52,285 bases of DNA, taken from assembly GCA_009693335.1 (NCBI GenBank), contig SHXK01000003.1:1-52285 (forward strand), read 5' to 3'. The DNA is from Betaproteobacteria bacterium. GTDB taxonomy: Bacteria; Pseudomonadota; Gammaproteobacteria; Burkholderiales; SG8-39. The notes beneath the pieces are model-generated. The model saw only the letters and a list, made by a program, of their open reading frames with translations. It searched no databases and was not told the origin of the DNA. Below are positions 43,367 to 52,285 of the stretch, one piece after another. How positions within the stretch are numbered: the stretch's first letter is position 1; every line of letters begins with the position of its first letter. The position numbers and the translations under genes are program-made.

Positions 43367-43728
43367 TGCCTCAACCCCGAGAAAAATTCGCGGAGCCGCG
43401 CCCGCATTGCCGCGCCTGGCCTGGCCCCATAGGGCGGGCGCACCAGCAGGTCCAGCGCGCCCAGGGCCGCCTGTTCCATACGGAACGCCTCGCGAATACA
43501 GCGTTTGATGCCATTGCGCACGGTCGCCTTTGCCGCGTGTTTGCGTGAGATAAGGATGCCAAGCCGTGGCGGACCTTCTGCGCGCGCCAGGAAGAACAGC
43601 GTATAACCTGAGCGACTCTTGCGCGATCCCTCGCGCAGCAGGCGCTCGAAATCGGCCTTCCTGGCAAGCCGCTTTTTCGCGCCTAGCCCGTAACCTGACT
43701 GCTGTAGCTGCTTGAATGTCCCCAGCAC
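43363..43728 (-). CDS. rnpA: ribonuclease P protein component
   Basis: RLGILISRKHAAKATVRNGIKRCIRE (RNR motif). The GTG at 43728, 13 nt after the rpmH stop, gives 121 aa. The track ORF start at 43830 lies inside rpmH. Confidence 0.75.
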   Translation of the reverse strand: MLGTFKQLQQSGYGLGAKKRLARKADFERLLREGSRKSRSGYTLFFLARAEGPPRLGILISRKHAAKATVRNGIKRCIREAFRMEQAALGALDLLVRPPYGARPGAAMRARLREFFSGLRQ

Positions 43729-43741
43729 GCCAGGCGCAGGC

Positions 43742-43882
43742 CTACACGGCGAGACGCTTGCGTCCCTTTGCCCGCCGTGCGCGCAGCACCGCGCGCCCGC
43801 TCGCTGTGCGGCTGCGCACCAGAAAACCATGCGTTCGCGCGCGCCGTGTCTTGGATGGTTGGTAAGTTCGCTTCTGCTTCAT
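43742..43882 (-). CDS. rpmH: 50S ribosomal protein L34 (46 aa)
   Basis: Hand translation of the minus strand gives [46 protein letters not shown] then TAG. It is too short to appear in the ORF track. Confidence 0.9.
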   Translation of the reverse strand: MKQKRTYQPSKTRRARTHGFLVRSRTASGRAVLRARRAKGRKRLAV

Positions 43883-43910
43883 TGGCCCGCTCGATCGGAA
43901 AAAGGGCGGT

Positions 43911-43940
43911 ATTAGAGCCTGCGCGCCGAGGCCTTGTCAA
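43911..43940 (-). promoter_or_regulatory. candidate sigma70 promoter of rpmH-rnpA
   Basis: Minus strand TTGACA (43935-43940), 18-nt spacer, TCTAAT (43911-43916), about 30 nt upstream of the rpmH ATG. Confidence 0.5.
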
Positions 43941-43964
43941 ATCTACTTTTTTTGTTGCCGGTCC

Positions 43965-43973
43965 TGTGGATAA
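43965..43973. promoter_or_regulatory. perfect DnaA box TGTGGATAA overlapping a candidate dnaA promoter -35
   Basis: Exact complement of TTATCCACA. TGGATA (43967-43972), 17 nt, TAAAAT (43990-43995) is a plausible promoter about 70 nt upstream of the dnaA ATG. Confidence 0.6.
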
Positions 43974-44067
43974 GGCGATTAGGAAAGGTTAAAATTAAAT
44001 CCAGCGGGCGCCTTCAAAAAAGCCTGCGCAAAGCCTCCAACCCAGCGCGCAAGGAATCCGCTCCAAG

Positions 44068-45414
44068 ATGCACAATCTCTGGCACGCTTGCCTGCGCCGT
44101 CTGGAGCAGGAAGTGCCCGTGCAGCAGTTCAGCACTTGGATCCGCCCTCTGTCGCCAGTCTCTGGCGCGGCGGATTCCGGCGCCCTGATCCTGACCGCGC
44201 CCAACCGGTTCGTGCTGGAGTTGGTGCGCGAGCGTTTCTTTGCCCGACTCGTGCGCCTTGCCGCCGAACTGGGCGGCCGCGAGATCGACGTCAAACTGGT
44301 TCTTGCCCCCGCCCCTCCTTCGGTTGCTGATACTCCCCGGCGGACGCCCGCACCGGTCGGCCATCGCCCCGCTACCGCTGCTGCGCCACCAGAGCGCACA
44401 CGGCTGAACAACAACTTCAATTTCGGCAACTTTGTCACCGGCAAGGCCAATCAGTTGGCGCGTGCTGCCGCCTTGCAGGTAGCCGAGAACCCGGGCATCT
44501 CATACAACCCCCTGTTCATCTATGGCGGCGTCGGTTTGGGCAAGACTCACCTGGTACAAGCTATTGGTAACCATTTGTGCAAACTACGCCCGCAAGCACG
44601 GGTCCGCTACACCCATGCCGAACAGTACGTCACCGACGTGGTACGCGCCTACCAGCAGAAATCCTTCGAAGAATTCAAGCGCTACTACCATTCACTGGAC
44701 CTGCTGCTGATAGACGACATTCAGTTCTTCTCCAACAAGGAGCGCACCCAGGAGGAGTTCTTCTATGCTTTCAATGCGCTGGTTGAAGGCCAAAAACAGA
44801 TCGTGATCACCTGCGATACCTACCCCAAGGAAATCGCCGGCATGCAAGAGCGGCTGATCTCGCGTTTCGGTTGGGGGCTGACCATGGCGATTGAGCCCCC
44901 GGAGCTCGAGATGCGCGTTGCCATCGTGCTGAAGAAAGCTGAAGCCGAGGCACAGAATCTGAGCGAAGACATTGCTTTCTTTATTGCCAAGCACATCCGT
45001 TCCAATGTGCGCGAACTGGAAGGCGCCTTAAAAAAAGTGTTCGCTTTTTCACGCTTCACGGGCCGCGAGCTATCGCTAGAACTCGCGCGCGAGGCGCTGC
45101 GCGACATCATTCACGTGGCGAATCGCCAGATCAACGTCGAAGGGATACAGAAGACCGTGGCGGAGTACTTCAAGATCAAGATCTCGGATATGCACTCGAA
45201 GCGCCGCAACCGGAACATCGCCCGACCGCGCCAGGTCGCCATGGCACTGGCCAAGGATCTCACCCAGATGAGCCTACCGGAGATCGGCGAGGCCTTTGGT
45301 CATCGCGATCACACCACTGTGCTGCACGCCTGCCGCACGATTGCGTCGCTGCGCCAAAAGGAAGTCGGCCTGAACCGGGACTACCATCTTCTCGAACAGG
45401 TACTCAAAGGGTGA
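44068..45414 (+). CDS. dnaA: chromosomal replication initiator protein DnaA
   Basis: Walker [14 protein letters not shown]+ core, and C-terminal DNA-binding signature [16 protein letters not shown]. Confidence 0.97.
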   Translation: MHNLWHACLRRLEQEVPVQQFSTWIRPLSPVSGAADSGALILTAPNRFVLELVRERFFARLVRLAAELGGREIDVKLVLAPAPPSVADTPRRTPAPVGHRPATAAAPPERTRLNNNFNFGNFVTGKANQLARAAALQVAENPGISYNPLFIYGGVGLGKTHLVQAIGNHLCKLRPQARVRYTHAEQYVTDVVRAYQQKSFEEFKRYYHSLDLLLIDDIQFFSNKERTQEEFFYAFNALVEGQKQIVITCDTYPKEIAGMQERLISRFGWGLTMAIEPPELEMRVAIVLKKAEAEAQNLSEDIAFFIAKHIRSNVRELEGALKKVFAFSRFTGRELSLELAREALRDIIHVANRQINVEGIQKTVAEYFKIKISDMHSKRRNRNIARPRQVAMALAKDLTQMSLPEIGEAFGHRDHTTVLHACRTIASLRQKEVGLNRDYHLLEQVLKG

Positions 45415-45625
45415 AGTTGTGCAAATGGCTGGGATAGATTATGGATAAAGCCGCTTTTCCGGATTGCACCCAAAACGCCACACAAGGATACACAGCTTTC
45501 CGCACAGCTTACCCACGGCTTGCCAGATATCTAAGTTACTGATGAAGAACGTTTTTCTGGCTTATACAGGAATCACGGCAGCTCTATTAGTTGTTATTAG
45601 TTATATATAAAGAAAAGATACAACC
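45415..45625. other. oriC: candidate oriC: DnaA-box-like cluster plus an AT-rich unwinding element
   Basis: TATGGATAA (45440-45448, 8/9), TTACCCACG (7/9) and several 6/9 boxes. These are followed by the tandem 10-mers TATTAGTTGT/TATTAGTTAT (45585-45604) and TATATAAAGAAAAGATA. Confidence 0.5.
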
Positions 45626-49154
<3,529 letters not shown>

Positions 49155-49155
<1 letters not shown>

Positions 49156-49178
49156 TAAATCGGTAAATCGGTAAATCG
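49155..49178. repeat. three perfect tandem copies of GTAAATCG
   Basis: GTAAATCGGTAAATCGGTAAATCG begins at the last base of the gyrB stop codon. Confidence 0.9.
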
Positions 49179-49194
49179 GGAGACCCGTCTCCCG
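49177..49194. terminator. GC-rich hairpin between convergent gyrB and topB (possible bidirectional terminator)
   Basis: CGGGAGAC-CC-GTCTCCCG, a perfect 8-bp stem. No strong T-run on either side. Confidence 0.45.
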
Positions 49195-49204
49195 CGCCTC
49201 AGGA

Positions 49205-51778
49205 TCAGGCAGCGCGCTTTTTCTTGGCCGGTTTGGTCGGTTTGGTCGGCTTCGCTGATTTTTTGGCGACCGCTTTTTTCAATGCTTTCTCGGTAAGCGG
49301 TTTATCCACGGCGGGTTGTTTGGCTGCCGGCGGTTTGTCGGGTTTCTCCGCGCGCGGCAGGAATTCAAAGCCAATTTTTCCCTGTGGTGTCTTCACCAGG
49401 AAAGCTTTGAACTTGCGGTTCTTCTTCGACATGAAATCGGTCAGCAAATCGGTGCGCCCGCTGGCGAGGAGTTTTTGCATCTGCGCTCGCTCGACCGGCT
49501 GCTGCAGGATCATGCGGCCGGAACGAAAATCGCAACTGCGTTGCGGACCCACCGATTTTTCGCAAACATAAGACACGCTGTGTTCGAACACGCGAGCAGC
49601 GCACTTCGGACAGACGCCCAGTGTTTCCTGAGCGCTGAAATCGACCACTGCGTCGCTGTCCGACCCTGAACCCTGGCCAAAGTCGAATTCGATCCGGTAG
49701 TCATCGGTCAGCTTCAGCCCTGCTGAAAACGGCCGGCCCTGTTTACTGCGAAATCCGGTCAGCGGACCGATGAACTTATTGCTGACCAGTTCCGCAACCT
49801 CTTCCGGTGACCAATCACGCCCCAGCAGTACCGGCCAGATGTAAAACTCGCACGACTGGCACTGGAACTTGCGGTAGGTCTCCTGGATCAAGCCACCGCA
49901 TTTCGGGCAGGGGGCCGTCACGGTGGCGAAGGACTCTTCCGGGATAGTTCCTGTCTTGATACGTGCGACCAGATCTCGCGCCACCTGCTGGATGTGTTCC
50001 ATGAACTTTTCGCGCGGCAACTTCGCCTGCTCCATCTGCTTCAATTTGAATTCCCAGTCACCGGTCAGTTCAGGTGAGGTTATTTCATCGACGCCGAAGT
50101 GCCTGAGGGCGAAAAACAGGCGAAATGCTTTCCAGGTCGGCTTCAATTCACGGTTGAGTCGCTCGATGTACTTTTCATAGATCAGGCCCTCGATGACCGC
50201 TGCGCGCGTAGCCGGCGTTCCCAAGCCCTTCGCCCCCATCGCCTCGCGCAGATCATCATCTTCGACCAGCTTGCCGGCGCCCTCCATGGCGGAGAGCAGC
50301 GTAGCTTCATTGAAGCGGGCGGGCGGACGCGTCTGGTTGGCGCCCACTTTCACCTCCAGCGTTTTGACCTTCTCGCCCTGCACGATCACGGGAAGATTCA
50401 CGGTCTCATCCTGCAGGCTCTTGCCATAAACGGTGAGCCAGCCGGGACTCTGCATGACGCGTCCGTCGGTTCTGAATTGTTCTTCGCCGACCACGGTAAT
50501 GCGGGTGGTCTGCAAGAATTCCGCTGCGGGGTAAAAAACCGCGAGAAAACGGCGTACTACCAAGCCATACAATTTGGCTTCCGCCTCGCTGAGATTGCCG
50601 GGGGTTTGCAGCGTAGGGATGATCGCGAAGTGATCCGAGATCTTGGTGTTGTCAAAAATCCGCCGGTTTGGTTTTACCCAGCTGTTTTTGATGACTTGCT
50701 TGGCGAACGGGGCGAACTCAGATACGTGCGTGAGTGCCTCCATGGTTTTCTTGACCGTGGCGACGTAGTCCTCAGGCAGTGCGCGCGCATCGGTACGTGG
50801 GTAGGTGAGGGCCTTGTGCCGCTCGTAGAGTGACTGCGCAAGCGAGAGGGTTCCTTTCGCCGAAAAGCCGAAACGTCCGTTGGCTTCGCGCTGCAGGCTG
50901 GTCAGGTCGTATAACAGCGGCGAGGCTTGGGTCGAGGGTTTGGTTTCTTCGCTTGCCGTTGCCGGCTGTCCCGTGCAGGCAGCAGCGATCGCTTCGGCAC
51001 GCTCGGCCTGCCAAAGGCGTTCCGCTTTGCGCTCGGGATCCTCGTCCTTCTTGAATCCCCGGTCGAGCCAGCGCCCGGCGTAGTCGCCGGCCTTGGCCCC
51101 AAAGCGGGCGTGTATCTCCCAGTAATCGCGCGGCTGAAAAGCGCGAATTTTCTCCTCGCGCTCGACCATGATCGCCAGCGTGGGTGTTTGCACCCGTCCC
51201 ACCGTGGTGAGATAGAAACCGCCCTCCTTCGAATTGAAGGCGGTCATCGCGCGTGTGCCGTTGATGCCGACCAGCCAGTCGGCTTCCGAGCGCGACTTCG
51301 CCGCGTCGGCAAGCGGCAGCAGGTCGCGGTCCAGGCGCAGGGCCGCAAAACCGTCGCGGATGGCTGATTGCGTCATCGACTGCAGCCACAGCCGCTCGAT
51401 CGGCTTTTTCGTTTTCGAGTATTGCGCGATGTAGCGGAAGATCAGTTCGCCCTCGCGGCCTGCGTCACAGGCGTTGACGATACCCGTCACCTCCTTGCGC
51501 TTGAGAAGTTTTAGCAGGACGTTCAGCCGGGCCTCACTCCTTTCGATCGGCGCCAGATCGAAATGCGGCGGCACCACAGGCAGATTGGCGAACGACCAGC
51601 GGCCCTTCTTGACATCGTGCTCGGGCGGCAGGGTAAGCTCCAGCAGATGCCCGACCGCGGAGGAGAGCAGGTACTCGTCGCTTTCGAAATACTCGCCGTG
51701 GCGCGTAAACCCGCCCATCGCGCGCGCGATGTCCGCGGCGACGGATGGTTTCTCGGCGATTATGAGTTTCTTCGACAT
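49205..51778 (-). CDS. topB: DNA topoisomerase III with C-terminal zinc-ribbon repeats and a Lys/Pro/Ala-rich tail (857 aa)
   Basis: Trimmed to MSKKLIIAEKPSVAADIA (ATG 51778). Toprim motif DAGREGE. The IAEKPS start is TopB-like rather than TopA-like. It carries CPKCGG...CQSC and CPKC...C...C Zn motifs and a KKAVAKKSAKPTKPTKPAKKKRAA tail. Confidence 0.88.
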   Translation of the reverse strand: MSKKLIIAEKPSVAADIARAMGGFTRHGEYFESDEYLLSSAVGHLLELTLPPEHDVKKGRWSFANLPVVPPHFDLAPIERSEARLNVLLKLLKRKEVTGIVNACDAGREGELIFRYIAQYSKTKKPIERLWLQSMTQSAIRDGFAALRLDRDLLPLADAAKSRSEADWLVGINGTRAMTAFNSKEGGFYLTTVGRVQTPTLAIMVEREEKIRAFQPRDYWEIHARFGAKAGDYAGRWLDRGFKKDEDPERKAERLWQAERAEAIAAACTGQPATASEETKPSTQASPLLYDLTSLQREANGRFGFSAKGTLSLAQSLYERHKALTYPRTDARALPEDYVATVKKTMEALTHVSEFAPFAKQVIKNSWVKPNRRIFDNTKISDHFAIIPTLQTPGNLSEAEAKLYGLVVRRFLAVFYPAAEFLQTTRITVVGEEQFRTDGRVMQSPGWLTVYGKSLQDETVNLPVIVQGEKVKTLEVKVGANQTRPPARFNEATLLSAMEGAGKLVEDDDLREAMGAKGLGTPATRAAVIEGLIYEKYIERLNRELKPTWKAFRLFFALRHFGVDEITSPELTGDWEFKLKQMEQAKLPREKFMEHIQQVARDLVARIKTGTIPEESFATVTAPCPKCGGLIQETYRKFQCQSCEFYIWPVLLGRDWSPEEVAELVSNKFIGPLTGFRSKQGRPFSAGLKLTDDYRIEFDFGQGSGSDSDAVVDFSAQETLGVCPKCAARVFEHSVSYVCEKSVGPQRSCDFRSGRMILQQPVERAQMQKLLASGRTDLLTDFMSKKNRKFKAFLVKTPQGKIGFEFLPRAEKPDKPPAAKQPAVDKPLTEKALKKAVAKKSAKPTKPTKPAKKKRAA

Positions 51779-51871
51779 GCGAGGGCGCGAAGGATACCCG
51801 CAAAGAGAGCGCCGCATCAACTCCGAGCAGTCAGCTCTGCGCAGTCAACGGAAGAGACTTCGATCCAGTCC

Positions 51872-52285
51872 TCAATTGAGTCTCTGATACAAACCCCCAG
51901 GCAAAACACTGATGCGCCCGGCAAGTTCCAGCCGCAGTAATTCGGCAGACACTCTTTGCGCCGGCACGCCGGCGCGTGCACACAGCGAGTCCACATCCAC
52001 CGGGTCGTAGCCCATGCAAGCGAGCAGTGGTTCGTTGGCGTCGTCGGTTGATCTGAAGGCGAGCGCCTTCGCACCTGCAGGGGGGGCTGTCATCCCAGTG
52101 CGACGGAAGGCCGACAGCTCCGCGAGTACGTCTTCAGCCGACTCGACCAGCTTGGCCCCGGACTTGATCAGCGCATGACAGCCTTTCGACAGCGGCGAAT
52201 GAATTGAACCTGGTACGGCGAATACTTCACGGCCCTGCTCGGCGGCGGCGTGCGCCGTGATGAGCGAACCCGAAGCCAGCGCGGC
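51872..52285 (-). CDS. dprA: DNA-processing protein DprA, C-terminal fragment; the 5' end lies outside the window
   Basis: The minus strand read from the window edge gives AALASGSLITAHAAAEQGREVFAVPGSIHSPLSKGCHALIKSGAKLVESAEDVL..., the conserved DprA Rossmann core. This is followed by the winged-helix C-terminus (...ELLRLELAGRISVLPGGLYQRLN). Confidence 0.88.
   Translation of the reverse strand, partial: AALASGSLITAHAAAEQGREVFAVPGSIHSPLSKGCHALIKSGAKLVESAEDVLAELSAFRRTGMTAPPAGAKALAFRSTDDANEPLLACMGYDPVDVDSLCARAGVPAQRVSAELLRLELAGRISVLPGGLYQRLN

Noticed and set aside
43683-43940. 85-aa minus-strand ORF, and the 155-aa ORF start at 43830, in the rpmH region
   Set aside because: These are in the wrong frames. 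The third frame encodes a textbook L34, and rnpA starts after the rpmH stop.

Overview
This is a high-GC, gene-dense chromosomal window whose gene content and order look betaproteobacterial. It spans the replication-origin neighbourhood. On the minus strand, read in the direction of transcription, lie rpmH-rnpA-yidD-yidC-mnmE, then pckG, then mnmG-rsmG-parA-parB followed by the full F1Fo ATP synthase operon atpIBEFHAGDC. The plus strand carries dnaA-dnaN-gyrB. The left third holds housekeeping and metabolic genes: a hemB 3' fragment, cutA-dsbD, an SDR gene divergent from a ferredoxin-reductase gene, a five-gene branched-chain amino-acid ABC transporter, a cytochrome c551-like gene, ilvD, and lgt with a coupled tandem thioredoxin-fold gene. 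The middle holds two accessory-looking modules. One is a GntR divergon (GntR plus a fused FAD/Fe-S 2-hydroxyacid-type dehydrogenase, opposite a class V aminotransferase and a Bug/TctC binding protein). The other is a five-gene co-directional array: OmpR-type response regulator, histidine kinase, glpD, a TauE/SafE permease and a family III CoA-transferase. The right edge carries topB and a dprA 3' fragment. Features found by reading the DNA rather than the ORF track include two canonical parS sites upstream of mnmG and rpmH (46 aa, below the ORF-track cutoff). They also include a perfect DnaA box between rpmH and dnaA, and a DnaA-box-like cluster plus AT-rich tandem 10-mers between dnaA and dnaN (candidate oriC). 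Further such features are GntR-type operator repeats, several hairpin terminators, and two translationally coupled small ORFs upstream of a GST gene. Several track ORFs were trimmed to internal or non-ATG starts, because the track translates GTG/TTG starts as M. I saw no tRNA or rRNA genes, CRISPR arrays, transposases, integrases or recognisable defence or toxin genes. Most of the window is ordinary core genome, and I cannot point to a convincing novel system. The most speculative leads are the two-component/glpD/tauE/CoA-transferase array with the adjacent small ORFs, and the GntR divergon. All family assignments rest on motif recognition by eye, not on database searches.
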